Below, in pieces: positions 36,085 to 50,569 of a stretch of 64,000 bases of DNA. The notes under the pieces are model-generated. The model was not told the origin of the DNA. It saw only the letters and a list, made by a program, of their open reading frames with translations, and made no database searches. The stretch comes from Mytilus trossulus (lineage: Eukaryota). Where the stretch lies: assembly GCF_036588685.1 (NCBI RefSeq), contig NC_086381.1, forward strand, positions 60,636,001 through 60,700,000, given 5' to 3'. The position numbers and the translations under genes were made by a program. Positions within the stretch are counted from its first letter, which is position 1, and every line of letters begins with the position of its first letter.

Positions 36085-36806
36085 TTAAAAGATTGAAAAA
36101 TGGAGTTTGCAGTCGTGTCCGTGCATTTATGCATGAACTGTTCTACCAAATCTTCCTAAATTTTAATATGTTGTTACTGATGACAAAATGGAGGTCAAGT
36201 TCAATAATGACGATTTTGACTTTTACGGTTCAGGAGTTACAGTATGGTTCTTGAAAGATTGAAAAATGGAGTTTCCAGTCGTGTCCGTGCATTTACGCAT
36301 GAACTGTTCTACCAAAGCTTCTTAAATTTTAATATGTTGTTACTGATGACAAAATAGAGGTCAAGTTCAATAATGACGATTTTGACTTTTACTGTTCAGT
36401 AGTTATGGTCCTTGAAAGATTGAAAAATGGTGTTTCCAGTGGTGTCTGTGCATTTTCTCGTGAAACAATCAACCAAAGCTTTTGAAATTTTTATATGTTG
36501 TTTCTGATGACAAAAAAGAGGTCAAGTTCAATAATGACGATTTTGACTTTTACTGTTCAAGAGTTATGGTTCTTGAAAGATTGTAATATGGCGTTTCCAT
36601 TCACGCTGTTGCATTTACCAATGAACCATTCAATCTAAGCTTTTCAAATTTTAATATGTTGATACTGATGACAAAATGGAGGTCAAATTTGATATCAATT
36701 GACTATTTCACTTTCACCATTCATTAGTTATGGTTCTTGTGATATAGCCAGGACGCAAATAAATATTAATAAATCTGGTTTGCTGTCGTTGTGACAGCCT
36801 CTTGTT
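36085..36806 (+). mobile_element. 5'-truncated Helentron-associated element with a ~161-bp tandem array (about 4 units)
   Basis: Units start at 36088, 36254, 36415 and 36576; ends in the hairpin gctgtc..gacagc followed by ctcttgtt. Confidence 0.8.
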
Positions 36807-37129
36807 ATTTTTTATTTTCTAGATTTTTACTGTCAATTATTGTCCATGTGCCGACGTCATTAATTTTTTTTATCACCATAATAAGGTTTAATAATGAAGG
36901 TTGAAAGCATGGTCAGGCCCTAGTATGGCCAATATTTGTAGCTAAAATTTAATTTCAGAGAAATGACATAATAGAAAATACATTCTTGTGCTTAAAAATA
37001 AATAATCAGCATTCTTTAAATGACAAGAATTAAGAGATATTTTCAAATAAATCTAAAAATCGGGACATGTACAATTTCCTCTGGTTTTAAGAGCAAATTA
37101 AATCCAACAGGATAGCATCTGATAGGGAC

Positions 37130-39014
37130 TTTTTAGCTCACCCGTCCCGAAGGGACAAGTGAGCTTATGCCATCACTTGGCGTCCGTTGTCGTCTGTCGT
37201 CGTCGTCTGTCGTCGTAAACTATTTCAAGAATCTTCTCCTCTGAAACTACTGGGCCAAATACTTTCAATCTTTAACTGAATGTTCCTTAGGGTATCTAAT
37301 TTATAAATTGTATCCGAAGTTTTGATCTATCAACAAACATGGTCGCCATTGCTAAAAATAGGGGTCAAATGCAGTTTTTGGCTTATAACTCAAAAACCAA
37401 AGCATTTAGAGCAAATCTGACATGGGGTAATATTTTGTTTATCAGGTCAAGATCTATCTGCCCTGAAATTTTCAGATGAATCAGACAACCTGTTGTTGGG
37501 TTTGCTGCCCCTGAATTGGTAATTTTAAGGAAATTTTGCTGTTTTTGGTTATTATCTTGAATATTATAATAGATAGAGATAAACTGTAAACAGGAATAAT
37601 GTTCAGCAAAGTAAGATTTACAAATAAGTCAACATGACGGAAATGGTCAGTTGACCCCTTTAGGAGTTATTGCCCTTTATAGTAAATTTTTAACCATTTT
37701 TCGTAAATCTTAGTAATCTTTTACAAAAATCTTCTCCTCTGAAACTACTGGGCCAAATACTTCCAAACTTTAAATGAATGTTCCTTAGGGTATCTAGTTT
37801 GTAAATTGTATCTGAAGTTATGATCTATCAGCAAACATGGTTGCCATTGCTAAAAATAGAACATAGGGGTCAAATGCAGTTTTTGGCTTATAACTCAAAA
37901 ACCAAAGCATTTAGAGCAAATCTGACATGGGGTAATATTGATTATCAGGTCAAGATCTATCTGCCCTGAAATTTTCAGATGAATCAGACAACCTGTTGTT
38001 GGGTTGCTGCCCCTGAATAGGTAATTTTTAGGAAATTTTGCTGTTTTTGGTTATTATCTTGAATATTATAATAGATAGAGATAAACTGTAAACAGGAATA
38101 ATGTTCAGCAAAGTAAGATTTACAAATAAGTCAACATGACGGAAATGGTCAGTTGACCCCTTTAGGAGTTATTGCCCTTTATAGTAAATTTTTAACCATT
38201 TTTCGTAAATCTTAGTAATCTTTTACAAAAATCTTCTCCTCTGAAACTACTGGGCCAAATACTTCCAAACTTTAATTGAATGTTCCTTGGGGTATCTAGT
38301 TTGTAAATTGTATCCGAAGTTGTGATCTATCAACAAACATGGTCGCCATTGCTAAAAATAGAACATAGGGGTCAAATGCAGTTTTTGGCTTATAACTCAA
38401 AAACCAAAGCATTTAGAGTAAATCTGACATGGGGTGATATTGTTTATCAGGTCAAGATCTATCTGCCCTGAAATTTTCAGATGAATCAGACAACCTGTTG
38501 TTGGGTTACTGCCCCTGAATTGGTAATTTTAAAGAAATTTTGCTGTTTTTGTTTATTATCTTGATTATAATTATAGATAGAAATAAACTGTAAACAGCAA
38601 TAATGTTCAGCAAAGTAAGATCTTCAATTAAGTCAATTTTACCAAAATTGTCAATTGACCCCTTAAGGAGTTATTGCCCTTTAAAGACTTTTTTTCACAA
38701 TTTGTGCATCATGTTGACTTACTTTAAAAAATCTTCTCCTTTGAAACTGCTGTATCAATTTCAGCCAAATTAGGCTAAATGAGTTTCAGAGTATCTAGTA
38801 TAAATTTTATATTTTATTTCCTTGTATGTCAAGAAACATAGCTCCTATGGCTAAAATAGAACATGGGAGAAAATGATTATTTTTTTTGGCTTTTGAAGAA
38901 AATAGGACGATCCAAAAAACATTTAAATAAATTGAAAAGTCAAAATAATCATTGATGAGAGATTTAACCAAAAGAATTAAGGTGAGCGATTCAGGCTCTT
39001 GAGAGCCTCTTGTT
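37130..39014 (+). mobile_element. Full non-autonomous Helentron-associated element (HINE) with about 3.5 internal ~500-bp repeats
   Basis: 5' ttttagctcacc plus hairpin; (gtc)n microsatellite; units start at about 37230, 37728, 38230 and 38730; 3' ggtgagcga, hairpin aggctct-tg-agagcct, cttgtt. Confidence 0.88.
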
Positions 39015-39144
39015 TTATAATGGATTTTTGTATTGTAGGTAATTTAACATATGAATCGCGCATGTAAGAGCCAAAACATGTCTTTTAAATTCTATAAGTA
39101 TTGCAGGCTGGTAGGGTTTCTGTTTCTTTAATAAAATCATATTA

Positions 39145-39365
39145 CATTTACTGTATACCACTATTCTGTCAACACTGAGGTTGTGAGTTTCAATTCTCGC
39201 AAGTAGCTGGACTTCAATCTTTTAAAATTGACTCAGACTCAGTTTTGGTTCTCTCCTAGCATTCTGTCTTTCTACTCTAATAAAAACATTTTGCCACAAA
39301 ATAGCACAATAGTATAAATATATATATTGAAAGTGGTTTTAAACACCATATTGTCAATCAATTCA
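39145..39365 (+). mobile_element. Decayed SINE-like relic (another inverted at about 26965-27095)
   Basis: B-box-like gtgagtttcaattc, core ggttctctcc, 3' ttgaaagtgg.tttaaacacc and a (caat)n tail. Confidence 0.45.
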
Positions 39366-40660
39366 TTAATGAAATGTTATTTACTCAGCTCATATTTTCT
39401 TAGATATATATCAATTTTTTAATCTATTCTATTTCTAATACTTTTTCAAACTGAAATAAATTCAAAAGAATTTCATACAGTGTGACTATTTACAATGTAT
39501 AAAGTTCCATTAATTTATTATGTCCTAATGTACATTTAGTACACTTTTACATTATCCTTGATGATCATTAATGTATTTTGAAAATAATTTACATGTAAAT
39601 TTTACATACAAATACATGTATGTGTCATGGGATATTCTTACTTTGGAAAGTTTACCTGCACAGGTGAATTTATGTATTACATTTAAAGACTTTTATTATG
39701 AACACCTAGTTAGGGGAAATATTTTGATAGCCTAAATAGGAATAGAAAAAAGACACAATATATTAATTATTTGTTTATTACATGTACTTGTGTCATTCTT
39801 ATTCAGTAATTGTATGCGTAAGTAGATTATTATCACGTTTTTATGCTAAATTTTTTAAACGTATGCTATTGCATTGTACGATACTTGACAGTATGGAAGA
39901 AGGGTGTATATTATAACTTTGTATGTTTATAATCATAATAATGGCAGATATATACTTGTTCATCCTGCTCATGTTTTTGATTACAAATGGGTAGTTTGTT
40001 TGAACATCTTATTATCTTTTGAGCTGCAAATTGTATCAAAATTAAGTAGAGATTTCCCATATTTTACATGTGAGTTGGGGATCTGCAGCATTGTAACGGT
40101 ACCTATATGTAGTAATGACTATTACATGTAGATAGCAAAACCTTGCACAACAAACATGTAGGTACATATGCACAGCCATAAAAGCAGAAAAGTAAAGAAA
40201 CAGTGCTTTTAATGTTTAATGTTGTTTTTTGTCTGAAAGTCACATTAAGGCCTTCAATATGGAGTCCAAAAAAACCACCCCAAAACTCTCACCTCACTAC
40301 AAGTTTTTATGCCATTTTTAATTTATATATTATACATGTTCATACATGTTGGCATGAACTTCATTATTTAACTTGATTGATTTATTTAGTTGATATTAAT
40401 GTTCTACAGGGATGCCAGAATACATTCACATTTTTGGGGGGTTTGGGAGATGAGGGTCATTTTTCCCTATAGATCTATTATATTTCTATGTTCATTGTAC
40501 CTGTAATATTTTTTAATGTCTATTGTTTGTGTTTTCTTTTGTTTAATGATTTTATTTCCTTCACTTATAATTTTTTATTGAAACCAAGCATGGGTATGAT
40601 GGTTTCTTTTTTACATGGCTTATAAGATGATGATCAACACAATCTGAAAATAATTAAATA

Positions 40661-40864
40661 CTGTAAATTCAGAAATTATTGCAAGGTTTTTATTATTGTG
40701 AAAATGCGAGTGGGTTATAATCGCAATAATTTAAACTCGCACTTTGAACATTTTTACATGAATTAAACTGATTATTTTCAATAACGCAAAAATTAAATTC
40801 CCATTTTAGTCTTAAATGACGAAATCGCAATAATAAATGCACGCATTATTTTCTGAATTTACAG
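40661..40864. mobile_element. Tc1/mariner-type MITE (TA TSD); related elements at 49485-49693 and about 62941-63318
   Basis: ta|ctgtaaattcagaaattattgc ... gcattattttctgaatttacag|ta. Confidence 0.85.
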
Positions 40865-43691
40865 TAAATAATTTTTAACTTTTCACAATATTAAAATTTG
40901 ACTGTAAACCTTCTTTTTTTGGGGGGGGGGGGGGGGGGGAATTGGCATTTCCAGGCTCACATATGAAAAAGAATCTGTCATACATTTTAAGTGCCAAAGG
41001 ACATGCAAAATAAATTTATATATGACTCTCAATAGTAAAATTTCACATTTCTGATTAGGCTGTTTGGAATCTGACAAGAGTTTTTTTATAAAATCATTCT
41101 TGTGTATAATTTTCAGTTTAGTATGATGTCCATTATCACTGTACTAGTATACATATTTTTTAAAGGGACAGCTGAAGGACGCCTACTGGTGCGGGAGTTT
41201 CTTGCTCACCCATTGGTGGCCTTCGGCTGTTGTCTGCTCTATGGTCAGGTTGTCGTAGCTTTGACACATTCCCCATTTCCTTTCTCAATTTTATTGATCT
41301 GCTTGGGGAAGTCATGTATTCTAGTTATTCCAAGTTAATTTGTTAATCGATATTTATAGGAAAAACAATTTGAAATTGGAAGAAAAGAGTCCAGAATAAT
41401 TTAACACAGCTGCAGTCAGAATTAGCAATATTTGGACATGTAAAAAATGATGTAGAAACACTCAAAAGTTTGTTTATTTTATTTGAAAAAAAGTATCTGT
41501 TTTCTTTAACTTCTATATATATGTAGTTATTATAAGTTTTTTAATTCAAGAAAACTGTTAACTTATGTCATTTACATACTTGAACCACTATGAAATTTAG
41601 TAGGAGAAGCTTCCGATTCATTTCTTTGATCCATAATACATTTTGTACTTCAATCAAATTTGAATTTATGTTTGCAGGAAGTACATTAATATTAGTAATT
41701 GAGTTTTCACATTTTCATTTAGGCTAATATATATATATGCTTCCTCTGTTGCAATTGGATCCATGTTTCTGACTTTGGTTAGAAGAAGGCTTTTTCTTCT
41801 TGGCCAATATATGCATTCTTGATAATTTAGAAACACTCTAATTAAATAATGCTAATTTTTTACAAGACATTAAATTAAAAAAAAAGGAATGAAAACTTTG
41901 TTGATTCTAACATTTAAAGAACTTAAAGACAAAGTGTGTATTTCTCTGCATTGATATAGATTTAAAAAAAAATCTTAATTGAAGAACAGTTATGTCCCTT
42001 TGAATATAGATTTAACAAAATAGACTTGACAATATTACTAACTTCATGTATCACCAAAATAAAAATTATCGAGGGCAAGTTTCAAAGTAAATTTTTGGTA
42101 ATTATTGGTTAATCAGCTAGTATTAGTCTAAATATGAAACCAATTCTAACTACCTTTTTGTTTCAAACAAATGAACAAGATTACTTTATTCTATTTTATC
42201 AATTTCAGGTTTTTTTGTTAGATAAATGATAGTATTATTGGATGAATGAATAGCATGGCAGGTTTGTGTCCTTGTTTCACACTTACAAAAATGACTTATC
42301 AGTATTTTTACAACTATTTCTCATGAATTTCTGAATCAGCTGTAATTGATATTGATTTTATAACATTGGATACATAGAAAAAGTAGGTAATTACTGACAA
42401 AAATATGTAATATCTGTATTCCTTATTAATCCTTGGAGAATATATAAAACATTTATAGATGTAAAGCTGGCACTCCGTTCTGTCTGCTAACATGGAATGA
42501 GTCTGTAAAAGCAATTTTGTGGATATAGATTTAACAGGATTTATTGGGTATAGTAAACATTGATGAGAGAACAGCCTAATAAACAAAATTGAAATGTTAA
42601 TAATCCTTGGCTCCAAAGAAAATTTGCTAATGTTAGATTATCAAAGACCAGTTACACCATAGATTTTTTAAAACATCCCTCCCCTCCAAAAATAATTTGT
42701 CCCAAGTTTTTGAAACAAACTTTGGAAAGTCAATCAATAATTTGAGATTTTAGCATTTTTTGCTTGGAACCATAATGTTTAATATGTTCTTTTATGCAAA
42801 GATCATCTAGACTTTGTGCAAATAATCATCAGTAAAGCTAAAGAACTCAAACCACACCCTGTTCTAAATCTGCAACTTTTTTACTTGCTCCATTTTAAAT
42901 GTTTCCTATTCTTTGATTTCCTTTCAGAAGTTTTGGTTTTCATAATTCATAAATATATTATTTTGGCCGGTGTATATAACTGATTGATAGAATTGAGTGG
43001 CACAAATTCCTATTAGACATCAATCTTAGTCTAATCATAGTGGTATCCAAGAATTTAAAAAGTATTGAAAAGTTGTAAAAAAAATTTAAAATGTTGAAAC
43101 CTTGTTTGCACCTCAATTTATAATATAAAATTTCCTCATTTCAAAACAAAAAAACATTGAAGCAGATTTCATATCAGAATAAAATTCAACATGAGATAAA
43201 AAATCCAAACTTTCCCCATGAGTCAGTTAAAAAGATGACTGAGTTGCCATGTTTGGATTAGATTGACACTCCCACAAAATTTTAGTTGTATCTTTCACTA
43301 GAATCATATTTGATTGAAATGTCTGAAATTTCTGTCTTCTGCAGACATTGGACTATTTCAATTTTATTTGTAGGGGGTGTCAGGATGTATTGGATTTTTT
43401 TTGCTTTCAATCAATAAACCTATAGTAAATAGTATCTTTCTCTGATTTCATTATGCAGAAAATTCAATAATCACTGAAGAATAATAATCCAATAATGTAT
43501 ATTTCATGCATTTGTATATAAGCATCTGTCTATTTAATTGACTGGAAAAAAATATCATTTCCCTTTGAACAAATATTTAATCCATTTACCCTGATTGATT
43601 GATAAAAATCAGTCTGATCACCCCTACAGTGCTGAGCATTTTGTTTGAGTCCAGACAGATGATGAAAAGTGCATGTTTTCTCTTTGTCTAG

Positions 43692-43820
43692 GGATGAGGA
43701 ATCTTAAGGGTTGATGATACTGAATTTATACTGACCAATTCATTGATAAACAGACTGGTGACCTGATAACTTCATTTATCCAGGACATTAGAAGAGAGCT
43801 CAGACTAAACACAAAAATCG
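43692..43820 (+). other. Candidate non-coding (5' UTR) exon of the large + gene
   Basis: Polypyrimidine acceptor ttttctctttgtctag and donor atcg|gtaaat; has a stop in the frame that would join 50557. Confidence 0.35.
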
Positions 43821-46800
43821 GTAAATATTTACGTTAAACATTTAAAGAGTTTAGTACAATGAGTCACTAGATATAATGTGACAAAAGAAAATGTCATTTA
43901 GTATTTGTTTTTTTAGATATATTTAAAATTTTCAATTTCTAACATCAAATTATTGATTTATTAGAATAATTTACAACCTTTTAAGGCAATTACTCTGACT
44001 GTTGTTGTTGAAATTGAACATTGGCATGTGAAATATTTATTTGACAGTTATAAAATTGAAAGGTGATCAAAATGAAACGGAAATGTTCAATACATGTAGC
44101 ATACCACACATATGTCCATTATGACATATAGCATTTCAAATGACATAATATTCTGAAATTTGTATCCTGTGTATTTGTTTTGTAAGTATGGAATTTTCTA
44201 TTTTAATATGTATTAATAATATTATTTGCTATTGAATTTTGACATGAATTATAGTACTTTCATTTCATTTGATTTGATTTTGTTAAACATGGTTTAGATA
44301 GTTTGGGAAAAGTATGAACTTTTGTGTGTGTGTGTGTGCATTGAGAAAGTGAAAAAAAGAGGGGGTGGGGGTGGTCAGGGAATAGTCTAAAGTTAAATAG
44401 ACAAAGTATTTTAATATGAGGCTTAAGTCAAGTTGAACGCAGCACAGATTTACTTTTTTCTTTTAATAATAAAGTTCTCTGAGTGACACTCTAAGGAATG
44501 GTGTTTCACTTTGAAATCAAAGCAACATATTTTTATACAATTAGTTTTATCAATAAACAATGAATAATTATGATTGTTATAATACGTTTGTAACAAAAAT
44601 TATGTCAAACAAATATTGATAAAAAATTAATCAAGTTGTATATTAGGTCCTAAATAATTTTTGTTTCTGCTATGACCTCCCTAGCTGGTCTATATACCTA
44701 GAATTAGACAATCATAGATATGTGGGTTAATTGATATTAATGATAACTGGTATTTTTATGCATAAATATAGGTCACTTTGACATTCAAATTTCACAACCC
44801 ACTCGCACACAAAAGTTTTGACTTTTCCCCAACTAGCTTAAAATGTTCAAGGCCATAGTGGATCCAGGGAGTTGGGACACACCCTTTTTTTTTGAAGATT
44901 AATGCATTTAAATTGGGGACATATGATTGGACCTCCCCCCTCTTTATCGTGGGTTGGGACCCCTACCCTTTTTAAAATGGCTGGATCCGTCCCTGAAAGG
45001 AATGACTTTATCTGTCATCTACACGGAAATAGATTGAATGGAATGTGTTAAACCATAAATGTCAATAAAATTTGTCAGGTCAGCAAACATATTTTATTGA
45101 CATTTTTGGTTAAACACCAATTAAAAAAGTCCAGACATTTTTGGTTATAAGTGCCCCTTTAAGTTCAGAAAAATAACTCATTTGTGTCTATTTCAAATGT
45201 TTTTAACAGAAAGAAGAATTGTTTTTACCCTCTTTTTCTGCCTGAAGGCATGCAACCATTGCCCTAGGGAGTAAATATCAAAAATCCAAAATGACATAAA
45301 TTTTATAATGGAATCAATTTACTAGTTTTCAAATAATTTGCCACTTATTTATTGAATTTATTTGAATGTCAAAGTGACCAATTACCAATATTGAAATAAC
45401 ATTTATCATAAATATCAATTAAACACACACAAATTTGACTAATCATAACTTTATGATTAACAGATGTTCAGATCTTCTGAGTAATCCATTTCATTTCATT
45501 ATCAGACATGATGAGTCACTGATTCCATCAAATCTATTTCGGTGCAGATGACAGTTGAAAAATTATTCCATTTGTGCAATATTCAAAACATATGGCATGG
45601 TTCATACATATGGCCAGCTACATGTATTCAGATTTCTCATGTTTAATGCATTTTGTTTGTTCAACATGCATAAAACATGATTGCGTAACATTGTTATTTG
45701 AAAATAAACATGCAAGAAATGAATTTAATGGTTTTATAAGCAGAGCTCTTATTGTTTGTTTTTGTGCTTTTACATGAATAGACATTTACAAAGAACAGCT
45801 TTTAACAAAACATTCACAATATATATTCAAAAGTTTTTTGGGAAATTTATTGTTTTAAAGTTGAAAGCTAAGTTAACAAGTTTTCGAGAATTGAAATCGT
45901 TGGACTCACAAACTCTACTTTAACAGTCACAATTTGAACAGAACATTGCTTAACAGTACTTATTTGTTTTCAAGGGGGGGTTCATCCCGAACCCCCCTTG
46001 GCTTAGTATGTACGGGTAAAGATACTGTTATTGACATCTAGCAAAATGGTTCTGAAGACCATCTTGAGAACAGTAGGGTGTCTTTGTGAGGTTTTACCCT
46101 GTGTAGAAGGGCTCACTGTGACTATAAAATGAAGAACATCAATGACAAAATTGCTATTATTTTCCCCAAATAAGGATTTTGTTAAGTTTCATACGCTTAG
46201 GGTATCTGCAGTATTATATATTAATTATAAATGAAATCTCTTATTTTTGCATTTTTCATAGAATCTTCAATATTATTGAGGCTAGGTTCAACTAGAATAT
46301 AAGGTCACATCTAGAACAAATTGTTTTTGGGAACATGCTTACTCTTAGTTTAATATTTTAGCCAAATTTCAGATTCAAGATTGTACAAATTCCCAAATCT
46401 AGTATGTAAAGGAAGGTCCATTGCAAAATTGAGTCTCCTTGACCTAATTTTAGCAAGTGAAATATACCCTTCGTGAAGTTTTCAGAGTCTGAAAGAGTTG
46501 CATCAGTCTTAAATGATATGTCTTAGATAACCATAATTGATGAATACAAAAGTTTATGAGGGATAAACTCTTCTTCCTCCAAATTTTTATTGTAATAAAG
46601 TAAACATATGTTCTATTCATCAAAAGTAAAAAATGTATGATATCCAGATTGCAGACAAAATGAAAGCAGATTGATGTAAATTTTTTAGATGTGTGTCACT
46701 GGTTAGGAATGAAGATCCTGTAGTGTATCTGCCGAAATTTATGTAATTTAATATATCAAAGATTACATAATTTGTTCGTCACAAGTTTGGAGTGTGACTT

Positions 46801-47268
46801 TATGATCATTTATAAATGCTCTTTCAAACTTCTTAACATTTTAAAGTAGGTCCTTAATCTCTTTTTTTTGGTATTTTGACAAGAATTAACAGACATATCC
46901 AGAGTGACAGCATCTTTGGTATTAACTGGTAAATTATTTATATAAACTTGAAAATCCATCTTTTACAATGCAACAGCTTTGACATTAGAATAAGGAAAAC
47001 ATCTAACATCATTTTAAACCTTTTTATTTGAAGTTGTTTGCATCTCTGTAATGAAGAGAAATTGCATACCTTTCTTGGAGGGTAATATATATATGCTCTG
47101 ACAAAGGTCAAATGACCTCTTTTCTCTACATTTGTGTCAAATGAGACCTAAATACTTATTGTCAATAATATAAACTAAATTTTTACCAGTAGTGATCCTC
47201 TATCATTCTAGGCTACATGCACACCATCCCTTACTTGTTAATCGTCTATAAGGCCCCCAACAAATACA

Positions 47269-47658
47269 TGTCTGTTTACGGTTACCCAACCGACCTTATT
47301 TTGAGCGTCAACCCTAAGCTATTTTATTTCCGTCTTAAAGTGAAAAATAAACTGAATGTGTGTCAAAAGTGAAGATAGTGTTGACTGATACATCCCAATA
47401 TTCAGAATCATAAATATAACAGCGGTTTTAAGGAAATTTGGGACTCATGTGATGAAATAAACATTTGGCCACCATTTTTTTCCAATCAATAACAAAGGGA
47501 ATTAATACAATCATTAATATACAGGTAAACTTGGCCCATGGACAACTCGAACCACGGCAAGACAGACTGCACAACTCAAAATCATGAAAAAAAAAAAAAA
47601 AATGGAAATACCAACCTACCTATCCTATTTATTTTGATGATGTAACCTTAAACAGACA
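47269..47658. mobile_element. MITE
   Basis: TIR tgtctgtttacggttac / gtaaccttaaacagaca; ccgacc/cctacc subterminal motifs. Confidence 0.7.
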
Positions 47659-47880
47659 TATCTCTTTTTTTGGCCTAAGCATGTGAAGACTACATAAACA
47701 TTGAACAGGGTGAAACGTTCTTGTTTAAAAAAGTATTTTAACCAAAAGTTTGTTATGGGTAATATAAGGTACAACTGTGACAAAATTCTTACCCACTTCA
47801 GCAGACCAAAGTTCACCCGCCCTTCATGTTACTAGATATCATGTCACTCAATCTCCAGTTTACTGTTTGGTCTTTAGATG

Positions 47881-48141
47881 ATATAAAAAAGAAGATGTGG
47901 TATGATTGCCAATGAGACAACTATCCACAAAAGACCAAAATGACACAAACATTAACAACTATAGGTCACTGTACGCCCTTCAACAATGAACAAAGCCCAT
48001 ACCGCATAGTCAGCTATAAAAGGCCCCAATAAGACAATGTTAAACAATTCAAACGAGAAAACTAACTGCCTTACTTATGTAAAAAAATGAACGAAAAACA
48101 AATATGTAACACATAAACAAACGACAACCACTGAATTACAA
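47881..48141. repeat. Solo family-A terminal repeat (older copies at about 54940-55110, 63356-63476 and 15705-15760)
   Basis: Nearly identical to 961-1220. Confidence 0.9.
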
Positions 48142-50125
48142 GTATTGCTTTCCCTTTTGAAAATTAATTGATAATTATTGATTCAAAAACATAATGTGTT
48201 GACCCTCAAAGCAGATCAAGGTTTTAAAATAATTTTTGCCAACAAACTGTCTTCAAACCACTAAAAATATTTTTGGCAGAGACATGTTTTTAGTATCAAA
48301 TTGTACATTGGCTGTCAATACAAGTACAGCCCAAACTTTAATATTTTGAAATTCTTGAATTTTTTTGTTTCTTTAAGTCATGATGTTCTATTGAAAGTTT
48401 CAGTAGGGATTTCATTTAGGAAATTTTTTAGAATAATAATCCAGATCTTTATAGTTGTCTCCCCTATTTCTAAAAAAAAATGAATAATGTTTTAATACCA
48501 TCAGTTTTGTTAACATTTGTAACCACTTGAAGATTTATTGAAGAAAATCAATCATTGCAAAACAGCTCAATTTACCTTCAATGAAATCTAATTTTAAGCT
48601 TATTTCATAGACTAATAATTCTGTTATACAACATTTATTTGCCATTTTTCACAATTTGAAGTAACATTTAAAAATTTAATCTATAAATGAACCCCCATGG
48701 GTGGAAAAATATTATGAATGAATGGTTTATTATGAAAAAAAGAATATTTTAAAAGTATATTTCAGAAATTCCGATAAGAAATTTTTATATTTTCAAGTTT
48801 ATCTTTTATTTAATTAAGATTGAAGTGAATTTTTAAAATTATTATTTTACTACATATTCTGTGATATACACATGGAAATTTTTGTTAAATGACGACTTTA
48901 TGTACAGACACACAGTTTTTCAGTGAAATTGACATTGTTTATATACATGTAGATTTCAAGTTAAATTTGAATGTTTGATTAGATATATACTATACATGGA
49001 TATGTATGTTGACCAACTGCTTATGACCCTACTATGTAAACAAAAGTAGTCATCTAAAAGGTCACTTGTAACATTTATGGCGTTGATATCTGATATTGAC
49101 ACAGATACATTGATTTGGCTAAGATAAATTCATTGAATTACGAAAATGAAATTACGATTTCTTCGAATAATAACCTTCCCAGATGGTGGTGTGGTATCTT
49201 ATTAATTATTAATTGAAGAAAAATAGACCTTTTACAGAGTGTATATCTTCATATAGATTGTAATATTTTGTGTGGATTAACAGCTTTAAGTGGATTAGGA
49301 TTGTTCCGATTCTTATTAATTAGATTTAATGATTAGCTTTTATCCTTTAAAAGTCTGTTGTTGGAAAATTAGTAAAGTGTAAGAGTTGAAGTTCAGACAA
49401 CTGTAGAGAAATAAACATTTGTTGTGACTATCTTTACTTAGATTTTTAAGATGTCAGCTGAAGAGTGAGTAATATTTATTCTGACTGTGGATTTATTTTT
49501 TTTCGTGGATACTAATTTTTTTGTAGATTAAGAAAAACTAACATGTTCGTTGCTATCTATTTCTGTTCCTAGTTTTTGATATCAAAGTCTTCATACAAGC
49601 CTATATAAAATGTTGAACAGCTAATTTTGTGGTTTAACTGTACCAATGAAATCCACGAAAATTGGTATCCAATGAAATATAATGAGTCCACAGTACTAGA
49701 CAAAGAGAAGGGATAGAGAGAGCATGCAAGGAAAAAGGGTTCAGGGTATTATGCAAAAAGAGAGGGTGTTGCACCCTGTGAAAAATTTCCAACTGGAACA
49801 CTGCAATTTCAGGTGTACAGTCGGCATAATACTAATAAGTATAGAATCATTTCTGGACTTACAGTCCTACCGTTCATCTTACAATGTGATTTTAGTTGAT
49901 AGTTTAGATATATTTTATTGTTCAAAATGACAAATGGATTAGACACAAGTTTTACAACTAAACTTATTAACATCTTCTCCAAGTTGATGAAAAGGACAAT
50001 GCCAGCTGGCATAAGAAGTTGTACTTTGAATGTTTAGGCACTCAACATTTGTGATAATTTTACTGCTTTTTACTAAAAGAAACATAAAAAAAAAAAAAAT
50101 AATCTGAGAATGCATAATTACCATT

Positions 50126-50299
50126 CAAATAGTAATCAAAGGTACCAGGATTTTAATTTGATTAGCCAGACGTGCGTTTTGTCTACACAAGACTCATCAG
50201 TGACGCTCTGATCAAAATAGTTATAAAGCCAAACAAGTACAAGTAAAGAGCATTGAGGACGGAAATTCCAAAAAGTTGTACCAAATAGGGCTAAGGTAA
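50126..50299 (-). mobile_element. Retrozyme-like fragment with minimal hammerhead (50164-50208), GAAA mutated
   Basis: Minus strand GCGUCA CUGAUGA GUCU UGUGU AGAC AAAAC GCAC GUC UGGC; homologous to 21157-21332. Confidence 0.75.
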
Positions 50300-50569
50300 A
50301 GAGAGGGTGTCGCACCTTGGAAAATTTTCTAGCAGGAACACTGCAATTTCAGGTGTACAGCATAATAGTATAGAAGCATTTTCTGGACTTACACCTACAG
50401 TCTATCCATGCCATCAAAACAAGTACATATTTGATTAATAGAGATTTTTTCAACATGTTTTAGCTGTTCTTCCCAAAAAATATAATGAAAAGAACAGCTA
50501 GAATTTAGTATTTTGCTCTTTATTTCATATTAAACAAGTAGTCTTTAAAATTTCAGAGTAGAAGAAACC

